From Octopus sinensis (Eukaryota), in NCBI RefSeq assembly GCF_006345805.1, contig NC_043017.1, positions 16,306,069 to 16,370,000 on the forward strand: DNA of 63,932 bases, in the 5' to 3' direction. Position numbers and translations under genes: made by a program. This document shows positions 26,753 through 40,179 of the stretch, one piece after another; within the stretch, counting starts at the first letter, position 1; every line of letters starts with the position of its first letter. The notes under the pieces are model-generated. The model was not told the DNA's origin. It did no database searches and saw nothing but the letters and a program-made list of their open reading frames with translations.

Positions 26753-26966
26753 TGGAGAGAGGGTTCTTGCCCTAGTGGTCGGGGCGCTTTTGGATTTTTC
26801 GTTGGGTCTCCATGAGTAGACTTGCGTTGCTTGCTCTTTTAGGCATTTTCTTATATTCTTCATTGTTTTCGACTTTTTACACGACACTTTATGTAACCCC
26901 ATTTAGTCCTTCATGTTTTGGAATATCCAATTTTATTTTTCTTGGCCCTTGTGGCTAATAAAGAAA
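23330..26966 (+). mobile_element. Internally deleted Tx1/L1-like LINE (ORF1, APE N-terminus and C-terminus; RT missing)
   Basis: ORF1 knuckle remnant RCHQCGRNNRLKAFCP and (CCA)n expansion 24722-24890. APE motifs NVRGL, AVSESRL and LVGDFNV, then a jump near 25945 to sequence matching 35208 onward. Tail ggcccttgtggctaataaagaaa. 5' boundary approximate. Confidence 0.8.
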
Positions 26967-26984
26967 GGATTATTTTTATTATTG

Positions 26985-27178
26985 TTGTTGTTGTTGTTAT
27001 TATTATTATTGAGTGAGAGAGCAGTGCATGCCATCAAAGTGACACTGGGGTAAAATATACGAAGCCCAATATACCCATCATGACTACCCGTCTGATAAGG
27101 GTACACCAGGCACATGCATCACAACCATATGTGCGCGACATGGTGATCTCATATCAAGATAAACAGCACATGACCTTG
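26985..27178 (-). mobile_element. Partial copy of the (TAA)n-tailed element
   Basis: Matches 19480-19650. Confidence 0.75.
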
Positions 27179-27237
<59 letters not shown>

Positions 27238-27273
27238 TATTATTATTATTATTATTATTGTTATTATTATTTA

Positions 27274-27462
27274 GGCGGTAAGCTAGCAGAATCGTTGGTA
27301 CTCCGGACGAAATGCTTAGCGGGAATTCATCCCTCTTTACGTTCTGAGTTCAAAATAGTCCGAAGAGGACGAAATAAGTAGCCAGTCGAGCACCAGAGTC
27401 GATGCAATCGACTGGTTCTTTCAGTGCAAACTTTCAGTTCTTGCGCCAATAGTTGAAAGAAT
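27274..27462 (+). mobile_element. Diverged SINE family A relative
   Basis: ggcggtaagctagcagaatcgttgg...ctgagttcaaaa...gagtcgatgcaatcgact, with a variant tail. Confidence 0.65.
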
Positions 27463-27691
27463 TATTCATAAGAACAGTCGATAGCAGAATTGGTACAGCA
27501 CACTGCAACATGCTTATTCTTAGTCACTTCCATTCTCAAATCTGTGCAACGAAAAGTATCAGCCAAGTAGTTCGGATTCCACAAAATATGTGGCGTTATA
27601 GATCCATATCATATCTGTTCATTCATCCACTGCACTAGTTTTCGGCAGTTAATATCGGAATCAGTAATCGCAGAAAGAGGAAACACATATA

Positions 27692-27913
27692 TACTCTTTA
27701 CTCTGTTACTCTTTTACTTGTTTCAGTCATTTGACTGCGACCATGCTGGAGCACCGCCTCGACCCCGAGACTTATTCTTTTGTAAGCCCAGTACTTATTC
27801 TATCGGTCTCTTTTGCCGAACCGCTAAGTAACGGGGACATAACACACCAGCAACGGTTGTCAAGCAATGCTAGGGGGACAAACACCACTCACACAAACAC
27901 ACACACGCATTAT

Positions 27914-27962
<49 letters not shown>

Positions 27963-28107
27963 TACATATATACGACGGGCTTCTTTCAGTTTCCGTCTGC
28001 CAAATCCACTCACAAGGCTTTGGTCGGCCCGAGGCTACAGTAGAAGACACTTGCCCAGGTGCCACGCAGTGGGACTGAACCCGGAACCATGTGGTTGGTA
28101 AACAAGC
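27692..28107 (-). mobile_element. SINE family B, near full length
   Basis: tRNA-like head, central microsatellite, 3' tail ggcggtgctccagcatggtcgcagtcaaatgactgaaac followed by (AAGAGTA)-like repeats. Confidence 0.85.
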
Positions 28108-28570
28108 TATATGTCCTACTAGATAATAGTTCTTAGCGTAGGAATATGTGAATGCAATACTGCAACCGATAACATGTAAATCGTCACATTCCTGAAATCA
28201 AAATTTTTCCGCTTGACGTAGATTACTCTTCCCTTTGCTGATTGGTTGAATTACTGGATAATTGAAATATCAGTATATCAATCATATACGCATGACCGGA
28301 ACCATGTGCTTGGTAAGCATGGACATCCAATTGTGACCGAGGAAGACCATTGCTGACCTTTAGGAACATTGTACGCTCTAGGACAAACTTATATTTTGCA
28401 TTTGCGGTTGTTGCTGCTGTTGTTGTTGAGCGAAGCGGTCTTCGTGGGAGAAGTCCGAAACGTGGTCCTTTGCTATTCGTAGTATAAATAGTTACCGAAA
28501 TGTTTTTCACATGCTGGCCACTTGATAATATCATTAAATGGTTTTATCCTTTATTAATTATGATTATACA

Positions 28571-28601
<31 letters not shown>

Positions 28602-28655
28602 ACACACACAACATATATTATATATATATTATATATATATATATTATATATATAT

Positions 28656-28809
28656 AAACAATTGCAGCGTGGAAGGTGTTTATAAGCCATTTAAGAAACA
28701 CACAAAAGCCGTTCGATTCTTAAATGGCTTATAAACACTTCCACGCTGCAATTGTTTTCGTTTCAGCCACGATCTCAGATCAATTACTTGCTATGCGAGT
28801 ACATCTCCG

Positions 28810-28811
<2 letters not shown>
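28656..28811 (-). mobile_element. Palindromic MITE-like element, short copy
   Basis: aaacaattgcagcgtggaaggtgtttataagccatttaagaa inverted on itself, plus a ~55-bp one-sided extension matching the reverse complement of 29964-30020; (TA)n flanks. Confidence 0.75.
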
Positions 28812-28851
<40 letters not shown>

Positions 28852-29454
28852 GACCGCTGCCATATTAACACTGCTGTTTTCGTCTGCCGCAAAGGCATTT
28901 TTCAAATACGCCAGCCAAGATAAGTTTAAAATGTCTGAAGTCGTAAGACACCCGCTGTTTTTGTCCCGTTTACTATTCTTGTTTTTTTTCTATTTTTTGT
29001 TTCTTGTATTTATATTCATGTAGCATCCTGTCCTTGTTTCGATACATTCGATCCTCTTTCCAAGAAATCTAATGCCCGTGGCTTAGTTTCTTTGGGCTGG
29101 CCGGATCAGAGCGATATCGAGATTAAACAGCCGAAATTGCTAAGATGATCCGGTTCCCGACTGAAGATTAGAGGCTTCGAGTGACCCGTCTGTTTTTTGT
29201 GTCATTTTTGCGTTCTTGTCCCACTTTGTAATTTATAATTATAATTTATCTTTAATTTCTATACATATATATATAATGTCTCGTATTTTATAAACACAAA
29301 CACACACACACACACACGTGTGTAATGTGTGTGTATATACATACATACATACATACATACATACATACATACATACATACATACATACATACATACATAC
29401 ATACATTTATATATATATATATATATATATAAGCTATTTCTTCTACTTTGACTG

Positions 29455-29511
<57 letters not shown>

Positions 29512-29814
29512 AATGTGTGCGTGTGTGTATGCACCCACAGAGTCACACACATTCTACATCTATATCTGTTGATTCAATTTATCTTCAGATTTTGAAAACA
29601 TTTACATCTTTTTGAGTGTATTCGTTACAATTCGATTTAAAAAAAGTGCGAATGTGTGACGTAAAAAGCCTACTACCCATCATATATGTTCCAGCATCAG
29701 TTGTGTATTGTGTTCAGCATGTAGCGACTAGCCCCGGGGAGGGAATTTGCTCAGCGAGTGCAAAATCTGGTTCAAATTTTTTTACAAACATGGCCAATTA
29801 TTTTCAATCTTAAA

Positions 29815-29943
29815 AAGAAGCTTGCTTCCCAACCACATGGTTCCGGGTTCAGTCCCTTGGGCAAGTGTTTTCTACTATAGCCTCGGGCCGACCAAAGCCT
29901 TGTGAGTGGATTTGGTAGACGGAAAGTGGAAGAAGCTCGTTGT
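29815..29943 (+). mobile_element. SINE family B fragment
   Basis: cttgcttcccaaccacatggttccgggttcagtccc...gcctcgggccgaccaaagcc. Confidence 0.8.
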
Positions 29944-29963
29944 ATATATATATATATATATAT

Positions 29964-30282
29964 TACGGAGATGTACTTGCATAGCAAGTGGCCTGATCTG
30001 AGATCGTGTACTGGAACGAAAACAATTGCAGCTTGGAAGGTGTTTATAAGCTATTTAAGAAACACAGAAAAACCGTTAGATTCACTTCAACATTTAAATT
30101 CAATTTGCTAAAATATTTTCATCGCTTTGCGACCGCGACCTGTTCACTGACAAAATTTAGTTCATGTACATAAAAGCGGCGAAAATATTTTGGCAAATTA
30201 AATTTAAATGTTGAAGTGAATTTAGCGGTTTTTGTGTGTTTCTTAAATGGCTTATAAACACCTTCCAGGCTGCAGTTGTTTA
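29964..30282 (+). mobile_element. Palindromic MITE-like element, long copy (~100-bp inverted arms 30020-30116 / 30181-30281)
   Basis: Arms are reverse complements with few mismatches; third partial copy at 33458-33554. Confidence 0.8.
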
Positions 30283-31009
30283 TCTTTATATATATAAAAC
30301 TGAGAATGTGTGTGTGTGTGTGTCTGTCTGTCTATTTGTCTGTGTGTTTCCCTAAAACTTGAGAACTAGGCAACTAATTTCATTCAAATTTTACACATGC
30401 CTTACTTAGGGTCCGGGGAGTGTCATCGGCAAAAAAAATGTTCAAATTCTTGCCTAGAGCGAGCCCATAGCAATATCATATCTTCTCCACTATTTCAGTA
30501 TGACGTGTAAAAGTGAAACAAAAATATTTCTCTTTGTCAGATGCTTTCACTTTAACAATAAAAATAAAATAACAATTGAATATATATAGTAAGTAATAAT
30601 TAAAATCAAACTAAAGTATAATATAACCGTAACATACAAAAGTAAAAATAGCAATTGTATAAAATTGCATCAATGATTTGAACTTGAATAAGTGGTTTCA
30701 AAGAATGGGAATAAATTAAAATAAAATTAGTGTGCAGAAATGGAATAGTCCAGATGGATAATAAAAAATTAAATTAAAGAAAAGACTATTGTCTATAAAG
30801 TATACAATGTAGAGAAAAAAGCTAACAATTCCACTCTGTTATATATTTTGAGTATTGTTATCACTAGCGATATCAAGATATAACTTTGTATTTTGCATTT
30901 TATGTGTAGATGTATATATATAGATGTACTTGTAATATGTACACATATATATACACATATATACATGCACTAGCACTATGACCCGGCAACGACGGGTCTT
31001 TAATGCTAG
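30283..31009 (+). mobile_element. Non-autonomous Helitron, family B
   Basis: TCTTTATATATATAAAA start, GACCCG-gcaacga-CGGGTC hairpin (30980-30998), CTAG end, A30282^T31010. Confidence 0.8.
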
Positions 31010-31027
31010 TGTATCTATATATTAATA

Positions 31028-31228
31028 AAAATGGTAAGACAACAAAAGAATGAAAGAGACCTCGATATTATGTAAATAGAGGAATTTATCTGTAAATGTA
31101 ATACGTGACAATTATTCGGAGTTTTATCATGGCTACCGAATAATTGTCACGTATTACATTTACAGGTAAATTCGTCTATTTACATATATCGAGGTTCTTC
31201 TTCCATTCTTTTGTTGTCTTACTATTTT
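31028..31228. repeat. Foldback palindrome, ~92-bp arms, 16-nt spacer
   Basis: ggtaagacaacaaaagaatg...gtgacaattattcgg / ccgaataattgtcac...cattcttttgttgtcttact. Confidence 0.9.
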
Positions 31229-31240
31229 CAGCAATATATA

Positions 31241-31286
<46 letters not shown>

Positions 31287-32032
31287 GAAATTTAAAAAAT
31301 GTTTATTTACTTTACCGGTTTCACTCTTTGGAAAAAGATTGACAAAAGTAACATGTAGAAGTTTGGTGTGCGTAATTATTGGTTGTTGCAAAGCTACATT
31401 ACATATATACAGTCTTTGGTAACAGGGACATGTTAAGGACATAAAAAGTTCAACAAGTTCTTAAAATATTGGGCACAAAAGATTACTACATAAATAATCG
31501 TTCTCAAGGACATACTTAAGATAGTTTCCAGAAGGAATTGATATTGGTATTGTATCTGTATATTCAAACATGCACAGAATATTGGTTGACACAGAGTACT
31601 ATAATCCATATAAAAATACATTCTTTGGTGACAAGAGTATGTTGAGAATAAAAAAAAGTTTAACAAGCTCATTGAATAATGGGCCACAAAGATTACAACA
31701 AATATATTATACATCTCAAGGTAATTTCCAGGAGGAATTATTAAAAAAGTTCAGTATACACGTACAGAATATTATGAGTTCAAAAAGATTTACATTATAA
31801 TAGTGGTGAAGCTAAAACTGACCTGTCTTTTTTTGTCTCTCCTTCAAGCATCAACGATTTTGTTGAACTCTTTTATGTCCTTAACATGTCCCTGTTACCA
31901 AAGACTGTATATATGTAATGTAGCAATTTGCAACAACCAATAATTAACGCAACCAAACTTCTACATGTTACTTTTGACAATCTTTTTCCAAAGAGTGAAA
32001 TCAGTAAAGTAAATAAAGATCTTTTAAATTGC
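31287..32032. repeat. Long inverted repeat, ~170-bp arms (31287-31456 / 31859-32032), ~400-bp spacer with an internal diverged direct repeat
   Basis: cagtctttggtaacagggacatgttaaggacataaaa versus ttttatgtccttaacatgtccctgttaccaaagactg, and similar matches along the arms. Confidence 0.85.
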
Positions 32033-32091
32033 ATTTTCAAACCTTCTTTCGTATATAATTCCACTCGTGCGGTACCCCACAACTCCACTGT

Positions 32092-32150
<59 letters not shown>

Positions 32151-32340
32151 AATATAGAAAAAATAGAGATAGACGGATAAATAGAAATAGAAATATATCT
32201 AAATCAATCATCAACCATCAGATAATACCCAATCAATATTTTATTAAACCATTACTCAATAGAAATGATATTATACTAATATAGTACAAATATAACAAGA
32301 CATAGAAATAGAAATAGAAATAGAAATACATTTACATTGT

Positions 32341-32452
32341 AGCTGACAGCTGTTTGGCCGTGAAGACAGGTATGTCCCATTTAACCTATTAGCCATATAA
32401 AGCAGGTATAAATGAGACATTAACAAGAATATCTCACGGCCTCTTCAGAGAA
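32341..32452 (-). ncRNA. Degenerate hammerhead with 9-bp helix II and long loop
   Basis: Minus strand: CTGAAGA-GGCCGTGAG...TTCACGGCC-AAA-CAGCTG-T-C; G12 is missing and helix I is weak. Confidence 0.5.
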
Positions 32453-33367
32453 TTTAATGCAAGTATGAAAAAAATTACATATAAATATAAATATGTGTGC
32501 ATACACACTCTATTCTTACATATATATATATACACAATAATACATATAAACAATATAGATCAATATATCAACAAACACAATAATGTTCCATATTGAACTC
32601 CACAGTTCCATAACCAACATCAATAAACCACAACATGTACACTCACATTCCAAGCAGGCATATATATTGAACAGTCCAATATATTTAAATGTGTCATTAC
32701 ACAAAAAGTCAATAAAATTAATATTAATATTAATAACACCACGACTGTACCATCCAATGCAAGCGGACATCCACATATATACGCAATCAGTCGAATTCCT
32801 CTGCCCGCATGGTATTGATTTTCATAGATGGATTCGATTGGCCTATAGTTTTAAATTTGAATTACAATGGAAATTTTACGGTTAGTTAGCTAGGAAACAT
32901 ACACACGCGCACGCACATCCACAAATCATGCGCACATACATACATAGTTATATGTATACACACACACCCACACACATACACACAGACATACCCACATACA
33001 CAACCAAATCATAAATAAACACATATATAAATAATATAAGAGGTACCATCGCAACTATATACATGCAAAACAGAGGAACTCAACCGATTGCACATACATG
33101 CATGCAGACATCCACCCGTCCCAGACGGCACCATGGCCGTGGTATTAACTAAGTATTTACAAACAGATCCACTCACATATGTCCATAAATCCATAAATGC
33201 AAACATACATATAATTATATCCAGATAGAGAGTGTAATTTGTCATAAGGTACATAATTCATGTGATACCGTATTTTTCGTAAACATAATATTTTAGAACT
33301 AAAGATTCCCGCAACTTTACCGCTATGTTTTATTCAAACATTCGCTAAATTATAAAGTATAGAATAC

Positions 33368-33458
<91 letters not shown>

Positions 33459-33554
33459 AACAACTGCAGCGTGAAAAAACACACAAAAACCGTTAGATTC
33501 ACTTCAACATTTAAATTAATTTGCCAAAATATTTTCGTCGCTTTTATGTACATG

Positions 33555-34109
33555 CTAGAATCACGAGACAAGGTCACACCCTTAGACACTATCATTTCCA
33601 CAACAACAACATACAGACCACATGCTGTTTGAACCAATGTCCCATCAAGCCTAGCCGGCCAACGGACAGTACCAGGCTATGTTTTCAAACGAATGTCATA
33701 TATGAAATGACCTGTATTTGCGGGGATAAATATATTGGATCGACCAAACGACGGCTCCATGTCAGAGTGAAAGGACATATTTACAAGGCCACAACTCCAA
33801 GCGCTGTATTCCAACAGCACCGACATTGCGATGGAGAATCTTCCAACTGGATATTGGCCAGGGGAACAGATACGGTCAACCACCAAATAAAGATGGCTCA
33901 TTTCATCACTAAGAAGGCGACCAGCCTCAACCGCCGGAACGAACTTGACAGTTGGAAATTCATTTACCGTCTCCAGAACCTCTGACCAACGCCAGCAGTA
34001 ACAACCATGTAAAATGTCAAGTCTGAAGAAGGATTATCGATCCGAAAGCGCTCACTTAACCCACTCACCCTAGAACTAGTAACAAGACGACACGCCAACA
34101 GTAGGTCCC

Positions 34110-34110
<1 letters not shown>
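33555..34110 (+). mobile_element. Penelope-like element 3' fragment (GIY-YIG endonuclease plus pseudo-LTR)
   Basis: NVIYEMTCICGDKYIGSTKRRLHVRVKGH in ORF 33521-33985; hammerhead directly downstream. Confidence 0.85.
34016..34060 (+). ncRNA. Minimal type I hammerhead ribozyme, intact core
   Basis: GTCAAGT / CTGAAGA-A / GGAT-tatcg-ATCC / GAAA / palindrome AGCGCT / C17 at 34053 / ACTTAAC (6 of 7 helix I pairs). Confidence 0.75.
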
Positions 34111-34517
<407 letters not shown>

Positions 34518-34540
34518 CTCTCTCTCTCTCTCTCTCTCTC

Positions 34541-36434
34541 GTCGCTTCTATACGTATTGACTCTCGAGCCACTACTGCGGAAGCTGGCAACTCTGAGGGT
34601 CATCCCGCGAGAACTGGGATGCGGGACGAGCGTGTCTGCATACGCGGACGACGTCACCGTCATAGTGTCTAGCCACAAGCACATCGAGCAGGTCGGCGAG
34701 ACACTGAAAAACTACGAAGCGGTGACAGGAGCGAAAATCAACCGGGAAAAGTCAGTGGGCTTGCGACTAGGCACCTGGAGAAGCAAGCCCATGCCGTCCA
34801 CCAGCGCCTCCGTCGTGGGACGCTGGACCGACGGTCCGGTCGAGTTGCTCGGGGTCTGGTTCGGTCCGGACCTCCAAGTGGAGAAGAACTGGAACGAGAT
34901 AACGAGTAGGGTGGTCACTCTCGCCCGGCAATGGGCCGAGAGGAAACTGTCCCTAAAAGGTCGGGCGGAGGTGGCGAACACGTACATCACGTCCGTCATC
35001 TACTACCGCCTGACCGTCGTGCCTTGTCCCGACCCTACCATCACCAAACTAGAACGCATTCTCTTCCGCTTCTTGTGGAAAGGATGCGTCCCGATGGTCA
35101 GGCGATCCATTTGCTGTCAACACCCGTTAAAAGGAGGACTGGGCATGCCGTGGTTGATGATGCGCAGACACGCGCTGAGACTGCGACATCTCAGGCTCTA
35201 TGTAGACGACGGTGAACAGGTGTGGTCGCCGTTTGTGGGGCACGCTTTCCCGCAGCTCGTCTCTATGACCGAATTGCAGTCGTGGATCAAAAAGAGGCCG
35301 AGGAAGGGCGAATGGCACCGCGAGTGTCGCATTGCTCTCAAGCAACTCTGCCGTCCCGGGTCGACCTTGAGTGACTTCAACACAACCAAAGCATTCTATA
35401 GGGGATTAGTGGAGGGGAGGTACGACGACGATCTTGGGGCAAACCTGGGCGTCGACGAGGAATACCTGACCCGCCTGTTTCAAACGACTTTCGGCGCGGG
35501 ACCTATGGATAACTTCCAGAGATCCCTGGCCTGGCGGTACTACCGTGAAGCGCTGCCCGTTCGGGATAAGCTTTATAGGCATGGCTCGAGAAACACGGGG
35601 CAGAGCGACGAAACCGCTCTGCACGCAATCGTGCAGTGTCCAACAATCTCCGACCTGTGGGCTTATGTCGAACGACTGCTGTCACGTGTGGGACGTGTCG
35701 GTTTATCAGCCGAGTCTATCGTTAATATTGTCACGCCTCCTTCCTTCAAACGGGAAGGAAGAGCTATTTTTATCATACTTGTGGCTATGGCGAAAGAATG
35801 TATCTGGTGGACGCGCCTGAAAGGATTAGAGACAAACACTTTCCTCTCTGGTCAATCTCTCATCAACTTCTTCAAGTACCACTTGAAAAGGAAAGTGAGA
35901 GTAGAGAGGCAAGTTTTGTCTAGCGAATGTTTTAAAAAAAGATGGGTGAATGTAGCAAGGATGGCACGTATGAATGATGAAGCCACCTTGAGCTTAGTCT
36001 TATGAACCCAGAAATTGAAAACAGAGGGTTACCCACTTGCAAACAAATGTGGTAACATATAACAATATTGACTGAGGTTACCGTGATCTTTTTCGTAGGC
36101 TTTTCTTCCCACGGATAAACCTCATCTGCTTCCCCCCTTTACACCGTACATCATGACACTGTGATACACGATCCCTATTGATCGTTTTTTTTGTTTTTCT
36201 TCCTCTTCCCCTTTTTTCTTCTTTTTTCCTTTTTCTTTTCTTTTGTTTCTTTTTTCTCTCCTTTATTTTCTTTTTTTTTCTTTTTTCCCTTTCACGATCC
36301 CTTTGGATCGAAAACCTACGCCACTTTTTTTTTGTTTCTCTCGTTTTTTGGTTTTTTTTTCATCCCCCAAAAGAAAAGCTCTACCTTGTAATTTGTCCCA
36401 TCTGTGTGCAGCCCTGTGTGGCCAATAAAGAAAC

Positions 36435-36435
<1 letters not shown>
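34541..36435 (+). mobile_element. Young 5'-truncated Tx1/L1-like LINE inserted in (TATC)n
   Basis: Starts inside RT ([11 protein letters not shown]), has a T-rich 3' UTR and ends AATAAAGAAACT followed by (TATC)n. Confidence 0.9.
34557..36005 (+). CDS. Truncated Tx1/L1 ORF2 (RT C-terminal half plus C-terminal region, 482 aa open)
   Basis: [49 protein letters not shown]. Confidence 0.85.
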   Translation: MTLEPLLRKLATLRVIPRELGCGTSVSAYADDVTVIVSSHKHIEQVGETLKNYEAVTGAKINREKSVGLRLGTWRSKPMPSTSASVVGRWTDGPVELLGVWFGPDLQVEKNWNEITSRVVTLARQWAERKLSLKGRAEVANTYITSVIYYRLTVVPCPDPTITKLERILFRFLWKGCVPMVRRSICCQHPLKGGLGMPWLMMRRHALRLRHLRLYVDDGEQVWSPFVGHAFPQLVSMTELQSWIKKRPRKGEWHRECRIALKQLCRPGSTLSDFNTTKAFYRGLVEGRYDDDLGANLGVDEEYLTRLFQTTFGAGPMDNFQRSLAWRYYREALPVRDKLYRHGSRNTGQSDETALHAIVQCPTISDLWAYVERLLSRVGRVGLSAESIVNIVTPPSFKREGRAIFIILVAMAKECIWWTRLKGLETNTFLSGQSLINFFKYHLKRKVRVERQVLSSECFKKRWVNVARMARMNDEATLSLVL

Positions 36436-36515
<80 letters not shown>

Positions 36516-36707
36516 AGTCGCCATGATAGATCAGTAGCCACCACACACATTTTTTTCTCTCCTTGTTTTTTTTCTGTGTGCCTTTCTGTAGAAGAGCGTA
36601 GGCTCGAAACGTAAAAGACTTTTTCAATTCCTGAGCGTTATACTAATACATCTGTTTGTTTTGTACAGCACCTGTCTTCGTCTATTGTGTTTTTCGTGAA
36701 TTCCCCC
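36516..36707 (+). mobile_element. 192-bp element X, copy 2
   Basis: Only a few substitutions versus 34205-34396; (TATC)n on both sides. Confidence 0.85.
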
Positions 36708-36725
36708 TATCTATCTATCTATCTT

Positions 36726-36911
36726 TTTTCCTCTCCCCATTTCTTCCCCCCCCTTTTTTTAAAAAAATCCTCCCCTTTTTTGTCCTCTTTCTTTCCTTTT
36801 ACGATCCCTTTTGATCGAAAACCAATCCCCCTTTTTTTTTACCCCCAAAAGAAAAGCTCTACCTTGTAATTTGTTCTGTCTGTGCAGCCCTGTGTGGCTA
36901 ATAAAGAAACA
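36726..36911 (+). mobile_element. Short Tx1/L1-like 3' end inserted in (TATC)n
   Basis: acgatcccttttgatcgaaaacc...aaagctctaccttgtaa...gtggctaataaagaaaca followed by (TATC)n. Confidence 0.8.
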
Positions 36912-36967
<56 letters not shown>

Positions 36968-37008
36968 CATCCATCCATCCATCCATCCATCCATCCATCC
37001 ATCCATCC

Positions 37009-37084
<76 letters not shown>

Positions 37085-37846
37085 GTCTATCTACCGCTGT
37101 ACCTTTCTAAACTTTTATACTTTTGAAACTTTTGAAACGTTTGAAACTTTTAAACCTTTGAACTTTGGAAATGAAAAAAAAAAAACAAGTCTTTCTAATT
37201 TTCTCAAACGAGGATTTCCAAAGGCTTCCCCATTGCTCACTATTCATATATTTTTTATTTTATTTATATTTTAATATATTTTAAAAACTTTTTAATATCT
37301 TTTTCTCATTTTCCTTTCTTCATTTTCCAGTTTTCTATTTTGTCAATTCTCCACGGTTTTTCTCTCCATTCTTCTACTCCACCATCTTTCACCCTTTGCG
37401 CTCGGTTTCCCCTTCGATAAACCCCAAGTACAACCTCCTCCTTCTACCCGTTCTTTCTCTCCTCCTAGCTCCACTTCACTTCTATTAGCATAACACCCCA
37501 CTCTCACCATCCTACTACGGCATCACCCTGTTACATCTCTCCGTACTAGACCACGACCACCTTGCCCGAGATTCGCCAACATCTTTTATAAACCTTATTG
37601 CCTGAAACATGAAGATAGTCAAGTAAAACACCATTAAACTTTTGTCTCATAATTGTTTCTAATTTAAACCCAAGGCCAACAGGTTTGAAGTGGTGAATAA
37701 CATCGACTGACCGCAGGATTTGGGACGGCAGCAGTGGGGAGGGTCAGTTGTGAAAATATTGCCACTTAACAGCATGACATAATAGAGCACCCTCTCTTCG
37801 ACCTCTCACCGCTAGGGTTCTCTCTCACACATTCTCTCTCTGTGTC

Positions 37847-37879
<33 letters not shown>

Positions 37880-38702
37880 GTCTCTGTCTCTGTCTCTCTG
37901 TCTCTCTCTCTCTCTCTACTCACCATATAGCTTTTCGTTTCCGGTCTCTTATTTTTCTTTAATTCTTTTTACAGCATTTTCCCCAGCGATGGGCATTAAA
38001 TGGAACGATGCCTGTGTCATTGTTTTTTATGTATAAATGGTTGAATTTTTGTGTTAACTTTTGATACACGTACGTCATTGATAATAAATTATATATTATA
38101 TAGGGTAATTATTTTCACTGCTCATTTTCTGAACGACGATAATTCAACGAGGAATTACCAGCATTATACAGTTTTTCAGTTAACTTTTTAAATTATGAAG
38201 TAACATCTCCTCTAACACCTAATCTGCAATAACCATCAGTTGTTATTGCGGATCATTGAAGTCCGGTCGTCGTTTGTTTTCGTTTCATTCGTCTTTAAAT
38301 AAGAAAGAGATGTGTTTAGTTTTTTTTTAATGTCGCAACAGGGCTTATTTTAAATAGAAAATACCGATGCCCAAAGCTATAAGGATAAGTACAAAAGCAT
38401 AACCGACAGCGAAATAATTCTGCATTTATACATAAAGTCTTGTGAGAATTTCTGTACATTGTACATGACTCAGAGTTTAAAAATGAGTCCAAAATTGAAA
38501 CAAGTTTTGGCGTGATCTATTCAATGCCAGGTATTTCACTCATCGCACGCAGCTGCTGCATCGGGAAAAAAAGGAAGAAAGATAAAAAGGCGATCGATAT
38601 AGATCGTAACAAAATATAATAATGTAATCTGTATCAGCTGCTTCTGTCTATCGACTGTTTTAAGGACTTACAATAAACCAGATAGGAAAAAAACCTTACA
38701 GA

Positions 38703-38734
38703 ATGCTCCGACTGGAAAAGTGCTGTCATTACAG
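38703..38734 (+). CDS. Candidate first coding exon of DUF229 gene 2 (MLRLEKCCHY-R)
   Basis: ATG at 38703 and donor CAG|GTAAGC after 38734. Phase 2 matches the acceptor at 42761/42762, giving a 698-aa protein. Confidence 0.55.
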
Positions 38735-39419
38735 GTAAGCAAAAGACAGATATTTCAAATCCCATTCAGTTTTTGCTTTCAATGGTGTGGTAAGTGGCGA
38801 AAGGGCAACGCTCACGTAACTTTTCATGGGTTTCAATTTTATAGGAGAAAGTTGTCATTAGATTGTTGACATGGAGGAATATTTGCAACTGAGTGGACTT
38901 CCTTGAAGATACCTCAGTGCCAGTTTGCGTTTGATTGTGTGACGGATAAAGCCTGCCGCCCCATCACATGTGTTCCAGTGTCAGCAGTTTATTGTGTGTA
39001 GTATGGAATGGTTTGCGTGAACTTTAAGAGTTGCAGCTGGATAGAGTATTATGTATCCCATAAGTCATTGAATCTCGATGTTACACAGGGGTGTGTCGTG
39101 TAGTTTCGTTGAATGGTGGGCTGTACGTAACAGTGATATAGTTTGGATTGTATGTAGTATTGTGAACCCTCGTGTGGCCAACATGTTTTTGAACCTATGC
39201 TTTCATTGTTTTTAGTACTATTTTATTTTCATGGTCCACATCCTCTTTAGTTGAAATTGAAAACACGTGCATTTGGATAGTTTATTCGCTTTTTTTCTGT
39301 TGAAGATGTAATTTATAACTGGAATGACTATCATAACCAAATATCAAATTACTACTATTAAATTAAAACTTAATATTATCCTGACTTTTCTGTCATATTC
39401 TTTCTTGATTTTGTGTCAT

Positions 39420-39960
39420 GATTGTTTGCAGTATTTCATCGGTTTCCCCCTCCTCTTATTTGCACGCCTGTTTCTTGTTTAATTCTCTGATTTCGATGCC
39501 CTACTATAATAATTTTAGTTTGAGTTAAGTTGCCTCTTATTATGAAACCTTTGGCTCGGTTCTCTAATCCCAGCTCCTTCTTGCCCTTTGCAAATATCTT
39601 CAGGTCATCCATAAAGAAGAGATGGCTTGTCCACAGGGTTGGTACTCGGCAAAATAGTAAATGGAATATTGATTCTCCTTGCAAGATTCCGTTTCTTATT
39701 CGTCTGGTACTCGTATTGATTGTCCCCTTGTAGGGATATTGAAGTATCCCATCGTAGCATGACATGGTTGATGTATTTCGTTAATGTCGGTGCTGTATGG
39801 GTCTGTACAGTATTCTGCTTTGGTTTTGTCATTTCTCTTGTATTGAGAGTGCTCTATATAATGTGTGCACGATGCCTCGTAAGGCCATTTTATATTCGCT
39901 GTGCATATTTATAAGTCCTGAGGTTTAGGTTATGTAATTCCACTTCCTTTATCATTTTTT
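39420..39960 (-). mobile_element. Decayed R4/Dong-type RT fragment
   Basis: IRNGILQGES...HLFFMDDLKIFAK. Confidence 0.7.
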
Positions 39961-40179
39961 GTCATATTCTGATGGAGATTGTTTCTGTTTTTATCACTTT
40001 ATCTCTATAATTTTATGATCTTTATATTTGGATGAAGTTTCCTCAATTTCTCCATACAGTATCACGTATCTATTATCAAATCGCGACTTTGATTATGAGG
40101 CATTTCCCCTGCTCTTCTTAATCACGATATGTGCTCGATTATCCTTCATCGTCCTGCCTCTGCTTTTAAAAAAAAAAAG

